Positions 27,978 through 37,702 of a stretch of DNA of 64,000 nucleotides are shown in pieces. The stretch is from Bacillota bacterium (GTDB lineage: Bacteria > Bacillota > Dehalobacteriia > Dehalobacteriales > Dehalobacteriaceae). How positions within the stretch are numbered: the first letter of the stretch is position 1; every line of letters begins with the position of its first letter. The stretch is taken from contig JBMNKX010000006.1 of assembly GCA_050952445.1 (NCBI GenBank), positions 90,333 through 154,332 on the forward strand. Direction: 5' to 3'. A model generated the notes under the pieces. It did no database searches and was not told the origin of the DNA. It worked only from the letters and a program-made list of their open reading frames with translations. A program made the translations under genes and the position numbers.

Positions 27978-30623
27978 ATGACCGGAAAAGAGCTGAGAGA
28001 AAAATTCCTTAAATTTTTTGAGGGCAAAGGTCATAAAATTGTACCTAGTTCATCTTTGGTACCCCATAATGACCCTACTTTATTATTCACAAATGCGGGT
28101 ATGGTACAATTTAAAAATGTATTTCTTGGTCTGGAGCAGCGGCCTTATTCAAGGGCGGTAACCGCCCAAAAATGTGTACGGGCTGGTGGTAAGCATAATG
28201 ATTTGGATACCGTTGGGCGTACCGCACGTCATCATACATTCTTTGAAATGCTAGGTAATTTTTCTTTTGGGGATTATTTTAAAAAAGAAGCAATTTCCTA
28301 TGCTTGGGAGTTCTTAACAGAGGAATTGCACTTACCAAAAGATAAGCTATACATAACGGTCTTTTATGATGATAACGAGGCTTATAATCTTTGGTTAGAG
28401 CTAACGGGTGTTCCTGAAAACCATATTATTAGGTTGGGAGAAAAAGATAACTTTTGGTCCATGGGTGATACTGGGCCATGTGGTCCCTGCAGTGAAATTT
28501 TAATTGATAGAGGAGAACACTTAAGGTGTAATGCTAAGGAATGTGGAATTGGCAAGTGTGATTGTGATCGTTGGCTAGAAATCTGGAATTTAGTTTTTAT
28601 GCAGTTTAACAGAGATGATAACGGTATTATCACTTCTTTACCGACACCAAGTATAGATACCGGAATGGGTTTGGAAAGAGTGGCATCTGTTGTCCAAAAT
28701 GTACCTACTAATTATGATACGGATCTCTTAAAGGAACTAATAAATTATATTGAAAAGGCAATTGGAAAAACATGTCCGCCTGATGAGAGGGGTTTTCCCT
28801 TTCGCGTTATTGCTGATCATGCTCGGTCTTGCAGTTTTTTAGTGGCTGATGGTGTTCTGCCCAGTAATGAAGGAAGAGGATATGTATTACGGCGTATTCT
28901 TCGGCGGGCCGTCCGTTTTGTGAAGGTGTTAGGACGGGAGGAGCCCTTTTTATGTGAAATGGTGCCCTCGGTAGTACGGCTGATGGGTGACGCGTATCCG
29001 GAAATTAAACAAAAACAGGAATACATACAAAAAGTAATTCGCATTGAGGAAGAGCGGTTTCATGAAACCTTAAGTGACGGGATGAAAGTTGCAGCCGACA
29101 TTATAGAAAGGATTAAAGCAGTTGGCCACAAAGAGCTCACCGGTAGTGACGCATTTTTACTATATGATACTTATGGTTTTCCCATAGACCTTACCGAAGA
29201 TATTGCCGAAGAAAATGGAATAACGGTAGATAAAGCAGGTTTTGAAGCAGCTATGGATGAACAAAGAAAAAAAGCCCGAGCTGCACGTAATGATTCAAAG
29301 TCATTCAATGAAGCGGTAGCTCTTGTTTCTTTGCTTACGGGGATTTCACCTACTGTATTTCTTGGATACGAGTCTTATCAAGCACAAGGTAAAATATTAG
29401 GATTACTGGTCAATGGAGAAAAAGTTCATAAAATGTCTAAAGGTGAACAAGGTTATTTGGTTCTTGATCAAACACCCCTTTATGCTGAATCAGGAGGGCA
29501 AGTAGGGGATACGGGAAGGATTACTAACTCTAAGGGGAAAGGGCTAGTAGTAGATACTCAAAAATTGGTTAACGGAGTTTTCTTACATCGTGTAATCCTT
29601 GAAGAAGGATCATGGGAAGTCGGTGATATGGTTGAAGCAGTTGTGGATCAAGAAAGACGTCATAATATCGCACGTAACCATACGGCGACACATTTAATTC
29701 ACAAAGTGTTAAAAACGGTAATTGGAGAGCATGCTAATCAATCTGGTTCATTAGTTGAGCCTGACCGTCTGCGATTTGATTTTTCTCATTTCACCGGCTT
29801 AAGTAAAGAGGAATTAATCCAGGTGGAAGATATCGTTAACCAGGCTGTTCTTAATAATCTTCCTGTCACAACAATAGAAACCGATCTGGATAAGGCAAAG
29901 GAAATGGGAGCTACTGCGTTATTTGGAGAAAAGTATGGTGACAAGGTCCGGATAGTTAAAATAGGAGAATTTAGTATGGAATTGTGCGGGGGAACCCACT
30001 GTCGTTCTACTGGTGAGATAGGATTAGTTAAGCTTTTAAGCGAAGAAGGAATTGGGGCAGGATTGCGCAGAGTAGAGGCTATTACGGGAAACAAAGCTCG
30101 AGAATACTTGATACAACAGGAGTTTATCCTTGGGGAAGCTGCACAAGCTTTAAAAACTATGCCTCATGAAGTTGTAAAAAAGGTTGAATTACTTCTTACA
30201 GAATTAAAATCAAAGGAAAAAGAAATTGAACAATATCAGGCCAAAATAGCAAAACAAAATGTTATTGAGCTTTTAAGTGAAGTTAGGGAAATTTCTGGGG
30301 TAAAAATATTAGTAGCGCAGGTTCACGCTCCTGATATGAATGCTCTGAGATCTATGGCGGATTTATTAAGAGATAAATTAGGCTCCGGGGTAATAGTATT
30401 AGGTGCTATTACAAATAATAAAGTGAATTTCGTAGCCATGGTAACACCTGATTTAAAAGGAAAAGGCCTGCATGCAGGAAATATTCTGCGTGAAACTGCA
30501 AAAGTAGCCGGAGGAGGTGGGGGAGGACGTCCTGATATGGCTCAAGCCGGAGGTAAAGATCCGGATATGATTTTACCAGCTCTCGATAAAGCCTGGGAAA
30601 TAATACAAGCTCAACTGGGATAA
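27978..30623 (+). CDS. alaS: Alanine--tRNA ligase
   Basis: Start moved to ATG 27978 (MTGKELREKFL). Motifs FTNAGM, the editing domain HTATHL and C-terminal GGGGGRPDMAQ are present. Confidence 0.95.
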   Translation: MTGKELREKFLKFFEGKGHKIVPSSSLVPHNDPTLLFTNAGMVQFKNVFLGLEQRPYSRAVTAQKCVRAGGKHNDLDTVGRTARHHTFFEMLGNFSFGDYFKKEAISYAWEFLTEELHLPKDKLYITVFYDDNEAYNLWLELTGVPENHIIRLGEKDNFWSMGDTGPCGPCSEILIDRGEHLRCNAKECGIGKCDCDRWLEIWNLVFMQFNRDDNGIITSLPTPSIDTGMGLERVASVVQNVPTNYDTDLLKELINYIEKAIGKTCPPDERGFPFRVIADHARSCSFLVADGVLPSNEGRGYVLRRILRRAVRFVKVLGREEPFLCEMVPSVVRLMGDAYPEIKQKQEYIQKVIRIEEERFHETLSDGMKVAADIIERIKAVGHKELTGSDAFLLYDTYGFPIDLTEDIAEENGITVDKAGFEAAMDEQRKKARAARNDSKSFNEAVALVSLLTGISPTVFLGYESYQAQGKILGLLVNGEKVHKMSKGEQGYLVLDQTPLYAESGGQVGDTGRITNSKGKGLVVDTQKLVNGVFLHRVILEEGSWEVGDMVEAVVDQERRHNIARNHTATHLIHKVLKTVIGEHANQSGSLVEPDRLRFDFSHFTGLSKEELIQVEDIVNQAVLNNLPVTTIETDLDKAKEMGATALFGEKYGDKVRIVKIGEFSMELCGGTHCRSTGEIGLVKLLSEEGIGAGLRRVEAITGNKAREYLIQQEFILGEAAQALKTMPHEVVKKVELLLTELKSKEKEIEQYQAKIAKQNVIELLSEVREISGVKILVAQVHAPDMNALRSMADLLRDKLGSGVIVLGAITNNKVNFVAMVTPDLKGKGLHAGNILRETAKVAGGGGGGRPDMAQAGGKDPDMILPALDKAWEIIQAQLG

Positions 30624-30716
30624 CTTTTTACCTGAGATTAAAAATGAGATTAATATATATTGTTTGATAAACAGGATTTTTTTATGAATTGGCGAATATA
30701 ACCATAAAGGACGGGG

Positions 30717-30989
30717 GTGGATTATGTGGCTGGGAATAATATGGAAGAGACTAAAATGTTTAGGGTTGCCAAAGAAGAAGAACTCCGTGCCAGAGATGTA
30801 TTGTTAACAGTTTACGCTGCGTTGACGGAAAAAGGTTATAATCCAATTAATCAGTTAGTAGGATATTTGATTTCCGGAGATCCTGCATATATCACCAGTC
30901 ATAATCAAGCCCGCAGCTTAATTCGTCGTTTAGAACGGGATGAATTATTGGAAGAACTGGTTAAAAGCTACTTGGAGGAAAAGAAATAA
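30717..30989 (+). CDS. ireB: IreB family regulatory phosphoprotein (UPF0297/DUF965)
   Basis: [29 protein letters not shown] signature. Syntenic after alaS. The exact start is uncertain (GTG 30717, GTG 30726 or ATG 30741). Confidence 0.85.
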   Translation: MDYVAGNNMEETKMFRVAKEEELRARDVLLTVYAALTEKGYNPINQLVGYLISGDPAYITSHNQARSLIRRLERDELLEELVKSYLEEKK

Positions 30990-30999
30990 CCTATTGTGT

Positions 31000-31028
31000 A
31001 AGGCGGCCGACAGCCGTCTTATTTTTTT
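31000..31028 (+). terminator. Intrinsic terminator after ireB
   Basis: AAGGCGGC/GCCGTCTT stem followed by a T7 tract. Confidence 0.75.
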
Positions 31029-31102
31029 ATTCGTTCAGGAAATAGGATTCTTGTCAAGGTTGTGATTTGGCTATAAATCACTTTTTTTAAGGAGTGTTAT
31101 AA

Positions 31103-32050
31103 TTGATATATACTCAACTAGGACAAACCCCTTTTAAAGTCTCCAGAATATGCTATGGGGCACTAACAATTGGTCCCCTTCAAGCAAATTTGAGTCTTTC
31201 TGAAGGGGCAGATGTAATTCGAACCGCCTTTGATTATGGAATAAATTTTATTGATACTGCTGAAATGTATTTAACTTATCCATACATAAAGGAAGCACTG
31301 AAAGGTATAAATTTTGATATTGTTATTGCTACCAAATCTTACGCTTACACTCAGGAATTAATGGCTAAAAGTTTAGAAAAAGCCCGTAAAGAGTTAGACC
31401 GGGATGTAATTGAAATATTTATGCTGCATGAGCAAGAGTCAGATCTAACACTAAAGGGGCACTGGGAAGCAATGGAGTTTTTGCTCAATGCCAAAGCTAA
31501 AGGCATTGTAGGAGCGGTTGGGATATCCACCCATGCTATAGAGGGTGTGACGGCTGCTTGCAAAATTAAAGAAATAGATGTTATTCACCCCATATTGAAT
31601 AAAAAAGGTATTGGAATCATTGATGGAGACATTAACAAAATGACAGAAGCCGTTCAACAGGCTTTCAAAGAGGGTAAGGGTATATATGGGATGAAAGCTA
31701 TCGGGGGAGGAAATCTAATAGGCAATGTTCAGCAAGCATTAGAATGGGCATTTCAATTTGAATGGGCACATTCCATAGCTATTGGGATGAAAACTCCTGC
31801 TGAAGTTCATGTTAATGTTGCCTGGCTTTTAGGTGAACAACCTGATGAGGAAATATTAAGACAGGCAAAGCGTGAAAAAAGAAAACTTCATATTGAAGAT
31901 TGGTGCTCCGGTTGTGGTGCATGTGTTCAGGGCTGCCCTCAAAAAGCCTTAAAAATTGTAAACAAAAAAGCAACGGTGGATATAGAAAATTGTGTTCTTT
32001 GTGGCTATTGCGGTGCTTACTGCCCTGATTTTTGTATTAAGGTTATATAA
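31103..32050 (+). CDS. Aldo/keto reductase fused to a C-terminal 2x[4Fe-4S] ferredoxin domain
   Basis: AKR N-terminus (RICYGALTIG, INFIDTAEMY) and C-terminal CSGCGACVQGCP...CVLCGYCGAYCP. TTG start. Confidence 0.8.
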   Translation: MIYTQLGQTPFKVSRICYGALTIGPLQANLSLSEGADVIRTAFDYGINFIDTAEMYLTYPYIKEALKGINFDIVIATKSYAYTQELMAKSLEKARKELDRDVIEIFMLHEQESDLTLKGHWEAMEFLLNAKAKGIVGAVGISTHAIEGVTAACKIKEIDVIHPILNKKGIGIIDGDINKMTEAVQQAFKEGKGIYGMKAIGGGNLIGNVQQALEWAFQFEWAHSIAIGMKTPAEVHVNVAWLLGEQPDEEILRQAKREKRKLHIEDWCSGCGACVQGCPQKALKIVNKKATVDIENCVLCGYCGAYCPDFCIKVI

Positions 32051-32051
32051 A

Positions 32052-32311
32052 TGATTCTCCTGCGAAAACCCCAACATAACTTGTTTGGTTGCATAAATAT
32101 GTAGGAACCGTTTTACGTAGCATGGTAGCAACACCCTGCGCAGGCGAACGACGAAAGGGGGCGAGCCACATGGACGGGGTGAGAGGACCATTGAACATGG
32201 ACGTGAATTGTCCCGGTACTCCTTTCGTTGTGATACAAGCAGATGGTGTTGTCCATGCGAAGTATGGTGACGAATATTTATGCATTCAAACTATTTTTCC
32301 CAGGGGAATCA
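32052..32311 (-). mobile_element. Repeat family copy B: full-length ~260-bp foldback, MITE-like element
   Basis: TIRs TGATTCTCCTGCGAAAA (32052-68) and the reverse complement of 32295-32311, TGATTCCCCTGGGAAAA, match at 15/17. TAAA flanks both sides (32048-51, 32312-15). Subterminal IR TGCATAAATAT (32090-100) pairs with 32274-84. No credible ORF. Confidence 0.7.
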
Positions 32312-32375
32312 TAAATTGATTTTGTAAAACGATGATATTTTGTTAATAATTTTATAAAAATAGGAGAAGTTAAAT

Positions 32376-32807
32376 ATGATGAGAATCATGGGTCTTGATA
32401 TTGGAGAACGAACCATCGGTGTTGCCGTCAGCGATCCTATGGGTTGGACAGCCCAGGGTATTACAACTATTAAAAGAAAGGGTAGTCTGGATGAAGATTT
32501 GAGAGAATTAAAAAAAATCATTGAGAAATATAATGTTGATCAAATTGTAGCAGGCCTTCCCAAAAATATGAATGGTACATTAGGACCATCTGCCGAAATG
32601 GTACAACGTCTGGTTACAGCGATTGAGCAGAGTATAGATATAACAGTTATAAAATGGGATGAAAGGCTGTCTACTGTAGCTGCTGAAAGGATGCTTCTGG
32701 AAGGTAATGTTTCTCGGGGAAAAAGAAAACAGGTTATTGATAAAATGGCTGCTGTTATTATTCTTCAAGGTTATTTAGATTCTCTCCAACAGAATAAAAC
32801 CAAATAA
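32376..32807 (+). CDS. ruvX: Holliday junction resolvase-like / pre-16S rRNA nuclease RuvX (YqgF)
   Basis: [20 protein letters not shown]-terminus. YqgF family. Syntenic with yrrK. Confidence 0.92.
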   Translation: MMRIMGLDIGERTIGVAVSDPMGWTAQGITTIKRKGSLDEDLRELKKIIEKYNVDQIVAGLPKNMNGTLGPSAEMVQRLVTAIEQSIDITVIKWDERLSTVAAERMLLEGNVSRGKRKQVIDKMAAVIILQGYLDSLQQNKTK

Positions 32808-32892
32808 AATTGGATATATCCCTTATAAGCCATTGACATTGTTTTCATGGTAAGATAAAATGACCGTAATTTGAAGAAATTGGGGTGTTAAC

Positions 32893-33165
32893 ATGACAGA
32901 TCTTGACGATCGTAAAATTGTACTATTGGATGAACAAGGAGAAGAACATGAATTTGAAGTGCTGGATATAATAGAATTAGAAGGTTATGAGTATGCTATT
33001 TTGTTTCCGCTGGAAGAAGATGAAGAAGCCGATGAGGCATTTATATTAAAAATTGGAACTAATGAAAACGGCGAAGAAGTGCTTTATGAAATTGAAGATG
33101 ATGAGGAATGGGAAAAAGTGGCTTGTGCTTATGATAAAATGCTAGATGAAGAAAATGAAGAATAA
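32893..33165 (+). CDS. DUF1292 domain protein (YrzB-like)
   Basis: Acidic 90-aa protein whose LLDEQGEEHEFEVLDIIELEGYEYAIL pattern is typical of DUF1292. Confidence 0.8.
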   Translation: MTDLDDRKIVLLDEQGEEHEFEVLDIIELEGYEYAILFPLEEDEEADEAFILKIGTNENGEEVLYEIEDDEEWEKVACAYDKMLDEENEE

Positions 33166-33171
33166 AGATTG

Positions 33172-33194
33172 AAAGGCTCATGAGAGCCTTTTTT
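33172..33194 (+). terminator. Intrinsic terminator
   Basis: AAAGGCTC/GAGCCTTT stem followed by a T6 tract. Confidence 0.75.
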
Positions 33195-33359
33195 CATGTT
33201 CAAACCCCAAATTCAAACTCTCAAGTAACTCCAGCTTTTACACTAAAGAAGCATCCCAAAAGCCCAAAGGTTTTTTCATACATAAAGCAGAGATGAATGA
33301 ATTATTTTATCAATCGTTTCATAACATAAAATCAAAGAAAATGGTCCGGGGGGACTTTT

Positions 33360-34715
33360 TTGTTGGAAAAAAAACAAAAAAACAAAATTATCCAGTTAGC
33401 GATTTTGATGATGGTTGTTTCTTTGTTAATTTTTTTAGTTTTATTAGAGCGTCATATCATGATAAGTAATAAGATCATGAGGGGAGTATTTGTTGAAGAC
33501 ATTTACCTAGGAGGGCGATCTGCCCGGGATGCTAAAGCCTTAATTGAACCGTTATTTGATAAAGCTTTAGAAAGAAAGGTGATGATTAAGGGTAAAGATA
33601 ATAGATGGTCATATCTTCCTTCACAGCTAAAAGTGAAACCCAATGTTGAAAAAACAGTAAATAAGATATTACTTGTAGGACGTCAGGGTTACTTTTGGGA
33701 AAGATGGTGGAGTCGATGGCAAGTAAAGAAGTATTCCTTACATGTACCCTTGGTCTTTGAAGTGAATGAAGATGCAATAGCAAATACAATTAGTTTTATA
33801 GCAGAGAAGATAAATACTAAACCTCAAAATGCAGAAATAATTATTACAAAAAGTAATAAAATCGAAATAGTACCGGAAACTTATGGAAAGGAGTTAGATC
33901 AAGAAGAAAGTAAAAGCAGGCTCAGGCATATGTTACTTTCATCATCGGCAGATAGTATGGAATTGGTAGAAACTCTTCTAAGGCCAGATTTAACTGCTCA
34001 GGAGATCGAAAGGTGGGAGATAAATGATATTATTGCGACTTTTGAAACAAAGTTTAATTCAGGAAATAAATCTCGCTCCTTTAATATAAAGAAGGCCGCT
34101 CAAGCATTGGATAAAACGGTGATTATGCCAAACCAAGTTTTTTCTTTTAACAAGATTGTTGGGCCAAGGACTAAGGAAGCGGGATATAAAGAAGCCCTGG
34201 TAATTGAAAATAACCGTTTTATACCTGGAGTTGGAGGAGGTGTTTGCCAAGTATCCACAGCTTTATATAATGCAGCATTACGTGCTAATTTGGCTATTAT
34301 TGAACGGCATCCCCATTCTCTGCCTGTTTCTTATGTACCTGCCGGTTTAGATGCCACAGTATCTTATAACACAATAGACCTTAAGTTTATTAATAGCTAT
34401 CCCAATCCCATTCTATTACATACGAAATACCAGCCCGGTAAATTGACAATATTAATATTTGGTAAAAAGGAATCGGTCCCAAAGGTGAAAATAACCAGAA
34501 GGGTAATAAAATATTATTCTCCGGAAACTGAGATTATTCAAGACCCTATTGTACCACCTGGGGTTACACTTATTGAAGAAAAAGGCCGGAGGGGCATGGA
34601 AGTAGAAGTTAAAAGAGAGATTATTATTAACGGGAAAGTTTTTTCCCAGGAAATATTGACCCTTGATAAATATAAGGCTCAAAATTCAATTGTCAAAATA
34701 TGTCCGAGAGGATAG
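33360..34715 (+). CDS. VanW family protein
   Basis: N-terminal TM helix and the VanW core (GGGVCQVSTALYNAALRANL..ERHPHS). TTG start. Confidence 0.8.
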   Translation: MLEKKQKNKIIQLAILMMVVSLLIFLVLLERHIMISNKIMRGVFVEDIYLGGRSARDAKALIEPLFDKALERKVMIKGKDNRWSYLPSQLKVKPNVEKTVNKILLVGRQGYFWERWWSRWQVKKYSLHVPLVFEVNEDAIANTISFIAEKINTKPQNAEIIITKSNKIEIVPETYGKELDQEESKSRLRHMLLSSSADSMELVETLLRPDLTAQEIERWEINDIIATFETKFNSGNKSRSFNIKKAAQALDKTVIMPNQVFSFNKIVGPRTKEAGYKEALVIENNRFIPGVGGGVCQVSTALYNAALRANLAIIERHPHSLPVSYVPAGLDATVSYNTIDLKFINSYPNPILLHTKYQPGKLTILIFGKKESVPKVKITRRVIKYYSPETEIIQDPIVPPGVTLIEEKGRRGMEVEVKREIIINGKVFSQEILTLDKYKAQNSIVKICPRG

Positions 34716-34788
34716 GCTTGTTGTCTCTCTCCTACTAAGCGTGTATAATGAAAGCATCATTTTATAAAAAACGCTAAGGAGATATCAG

Positions 34789-35796
34789 ATGCCGGTCGGA
34801 TGTGAGAAAAATAGAATAACGATCCTTAAGGTGATGTTAGCAGGATTACTGATTTTGGCATGGATAATAATACAAGTTTTTATTGAAATGATACCCGTTC
34901 GGGGTAATGTTACGATAGTAGTGCCTCCAAAGTCTTCAACAACATATATTTCTGAACTATTACAGGAAAACAAATTAATACGCAGTGCGGTTATATTCAA
35001 GTTATATGCAAAAATTACCGGTTATGAGAAGAACCTTCAGGCGGGTCAATATAAATTCTCCGGACTTGTTTCTCTACAAGATATTATAAATAAAATGACT
35101 AAAGGAGAAATGGAAACAAAGAATTTTACTATTCCCGAAGGTTATACGCTGAACCAAATTGCAGAGCTATTAAGTAAAAAAGGATTGGTAAATAAAGATA
35201 AATTTATGGAGACTGCTCAAAATGGAGTTTTTCCTTATGATTATTTACCTCCTTCAGGTGAGGAACATCGTTTAGAAGGTTTCCTTTTCCCCGATACCTA
35301 TAGATTGTCGGGAAACCATTCGGAAAAAGAGATTATCGAAATGATGCTTGCTAGGTTTGATCAGATCTATAACCAGGAATGGCACCGGCGGACAGAAGAA
35401 ATGGGGATGACAGTTCAGGAAATAGTAACCATGGCATCTATTATTGAGCGTGAAGCCAAAGTTCCGATGGACAGGCCTCTAATTGCAGGTGTTTTTTATA
35501 ACAGACTGGAACGAAATATGTGTCTTGAATCTTGTGCGACGATACAGTATGCTTTGGGAAAGCAGAAAAGTGTGCTGCTTTATAAGGATTTAATGATTAA
35601 ATCACCTTATAATACTTATACCCGAACTGGTTTACCTCCTAAACCTATTGCGTCACCTGGAAAAGATGCTTTAATAGCAGCGCTTTATCCGTCTGATACC
35701 GATTATTTGTTTTTTGTTGCAAAACGTGATGGTTCCCATTACTTCAGCCGATCATTATCAGAGCACATTCGGGCAAAAAGAGAATATCTAGAATAG
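34789..35796 (+). CDS. mltG: Endolytic murein transglycosylase MltG (YceG-like)
   Basis: TM helix plus YceG domain motifs (FTIPEGYTL, ASIIEREA, CATIQYAL, YNTYTRTGLPPKPIASPG). Confidence 0.9.
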   Translation: MPVGCEKNRITILKVMLAGLLILAWIIIQVFIEMIPVRGNVTIVVPPKSSTTYISELLQENKLIRSAVIFKLYAKITGYEKNLQAGQYKFSGLVSLQDIINKMTKGEMETKNFTIPEGYTLNQIAELLSKKGLVNKDKFMETAQNGVFPYDYLPPSGEEHRLEGFLFPDTYRLSGNHSEKEIIEMMLARFDQIYNQEWHRRTEEMGMTVQEIVTMASIIEREAKVPMDRPLIAGVFYNRLERNMCLESCATIQYALGKQKSVLLYKDLMIKSPYNTYTRTGLPPKPIASPGKDALIAALYPSDTDYLFFVAKRDGSHYFSRSLSEHIRAKREYLE

Positions 35797-35845
35797 TTGA
35801 AAGAGTAACCCCGGGTAAACGACCGGCTAATGGAGTGATTACACC

Positions 35846-36487
35846 ATGAAATTTGCAGATTCCCCATTGATGAATGAAATAGCCGAAGATTGTAGCGTTA
35901 ATCATGTTGCCCTTATTCCCCAGGAAGTAGGGGAACTATTTTCTTTTTTGGTTGAATCGGGAAAGTACCGGAGAATTTTAGAGATTGGCACCGGACTGGG
36001 ATATTCCACACTTTGGTGGGCTCAGGCTGTACATCCACAAGGTGGCCATATTGTTACAATTGAAAGAATACCCCAAAGACTGGAACGGGCCAGAGAGTAT
36101 TTTAGCCGGAGTTCATACAATGATGTGATCAAGTCTTACGTTGGGGACGCCCAAGATGTAATACCATTTATTGAAGGTAGCTTTGATATTATTTTTTTTG
36201 ATGCCGCTATGGGTCAGTACTTGGATTTTTTCAATAACCTTTTCCCTAAGTTAATCCCGGGTGGATTATTGATTGCCGATAACATTTTCTTTGAAAATTT
36301 AATTTTTCTTGAAACAAGCCAAGTAAGGCGTAGGCACAGAACAATGCAGCAGAGATTAAAATCCTTTTTACAGCTAGTTTGGGAGCATCCTGATTTAACT
36401 ACCAAAATACTCTCTTTAGGAGATGGATTAGTTCTTTGTCGGCGCCACAATAAAAGACGGAGTGAAATTGGTCATGAAGAAACCTGA
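35846..36487 (+). CDS. trmR: Class I SAM-dependent O-methyltransferase, YrrM/TrmR-like
   Basis: Motif I LEIGTGLGYST. COMT-like family. Position upstream of the U32 peptidase gene as in B. subtilis yrrM-yrrN-yrrO. Confidence 0.7.
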   Translation: MKFADSPLMNEIAEDCSVNHVALIPQEVGELFSFLVESGKYRRILEIGTGLGYSTLWWAQAVHPQGGHIVTIERIPQRLERAREYFSRSSYNDVIKSYVGDAQDVIPFIEGSFDIIFFDAAMGQYLDFFNNLFPKLIPGGLLIADNIFFENLIFLETSQVRRRHRTMQQRLKSFLQLVWEHPDLTTKILSLGDGLVLCRRHNKRRSEIGHEET

Positions 36488-37691
36488 ATTGTTAGCACCT
36501 GCAGGTAACTTTGAAAAGCTCAAAATAGCTGTCAGGTTTGGCGCAGATGCCGTTTATTTAGGAGGAAAGTCTTATAGTCTCCGTTCCGGGGCCGATAATT
36601 TTTCCCTGGAAGAAATGGAACAAGGAGTAAAATATGCCCATGCTCATCATGCAAAAGTTTATGTGACATTAAATATCTTTGCACATAATAATGATCTGAA
36701 AGATTTACCGGAATATGTTACTAATATTGCTCGACTGCAGATAGATGGAATCATTATTTCAGATCCTGGTATTTTTCGTATTATTAAGAAAATTTCTCCT
36801 CAGATACCTATTCATATTAGTACCCAAGCTAATAATACCAATTGGTCTTCTGTTCTATTCTGGCAAAAAATGGGGGCAAAGAGGGTTATTTTAGCCCGGG
36901 AACTGGCTATCCGGGAAATTGAGGAAATCCATCATAAAACCTCAATCGAATTAGAAGTGTTTGTTCATGGGGCAATGTGTATTTCTTATTCCGGAAGGTG
37001 TCTTTTGAGCAATTATTTAGCTTTGAGGAATGCCAATAAAGGTGATTGTGCTCATCCTTGCCGGTGGAAATACCATTTAGTGGAGGAACAAAGGCCGGGA
37101 CAGTATTTTCCGGTTTCAGAGGACGATGGAGGTACGTATATTTTTAATTCTAAGGATTTGTGTATGATTGAACACCTGCCGGCATTGATGAATGCCGGGG
37201 TAAGTTCGTTAAAAATTGAAGGTAGAATGAAAAGCATATATTATATTGGAACAGTAGTTAAAACCTATCGTGAAGCTATTGATACTTATTTTGCAGATCC
37301 GGAAAAGTATTACTGTAAGGAAGAATGGATCAAAGAATTGCATAAGGTAAGCCATCGGCATTATACCACGGGTTTTGCTTTTGAGAAGCCTTCCACAGAA
37401 AGCCAACGCTATAGTTCTTCAGCTTACATAAGGAATTATGATTTTGTAGGCATAGTCTTAGGATATGATCCGGAAAAAAAAGAGGCGGTTATAGAACAGC
37501 GCAACCGTTTTTTTACCGGAGACGAAGTAGAGTTTGTACCTCCTCGGGGATCATTTCTGAAATGGAGAATTTCTTCAATGAAAAATGAAATGGGAGAAAT
37601 AATTGATTCAGCTCCTCACCCTCAGCAAGTAATTCTGATACCCGTGCCCTTTCCCTTAGAAAAATATTCCTTGATGCGGCGGGCAAAATAG
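36474..37691 (+). CDS. Peptidase U32 family protein (YrrO/TrhP-like)
   Basis: MKKPELLAPAG start at ATG 36474, with conserved EVFVHGAMC.SYSGRC and cysteine-rich region. It overlaps the trmR stop by 14 nt. Confidence 0.85.
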   Translation: MKKPELLAPAGNFEKLKIAVRFGADAVYLGGKSYSLRSGADNFSLEEMEQGVKYAHAHHAKVYVTLNIFAHNNDLKDLPEYVTNIARLQIDGIIISDPGIFRIIKKISPQIPIHISTQANNTNWSSVLFWQKMGAKRVILARELAIREIEEIHHKTSIELEVFVHGAMCISYSGRCLLSNYLALRNANKGDCAHPCRWKYHLVEEQRPGQYFPVSEDDGGTYIFNSKDLCMIEHLPALMNAGVSSLKIEGRMKSIYYIGTVVKTYREAIDTYFADPEKYYCKEEWIKELHKVSHRHYTTGFAFEKPSTESQRYSSSAYIRNYDFVGIVLGYDPEKKEAVIEQRNRFFTGDEVEFVPPRGSFLKWRISSMKNEMGEIIDSAPHPQQVILIPVPFPLEKYSLMRRAK

Positions 37692-37702
37692 GAGGAATTA
37701 AG

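Noticed and set aside
32100-32125. Resemblance of (reverse strand) CTACGTAAAACGGTTCCTAC to the 3' strand of a group II intron domain V (..ACGUACGGUUC)
   Set aside because: No complementary GAGCCGU-type 5' strand lies about 30 nt upstream. There is no GUGYG 5' end, no domain VI bulged A context and no IEP/RT ORF. The element instead has terminal inverted repeats.
32043-32319. Overlapping 76-80-aa ORFs on both strands (32043..32285 -, 32089..32319 +, 31949..32191 -)
   Set aside because: All three lie within the foldback element. Both MHKY starts arise from the inverted repeat GCATAAATAT/ATATTTATGC. None has a Shine-Dalgarno sequence. They are mutually exclusive and better explained by the G+C-rich palindromic DNA.
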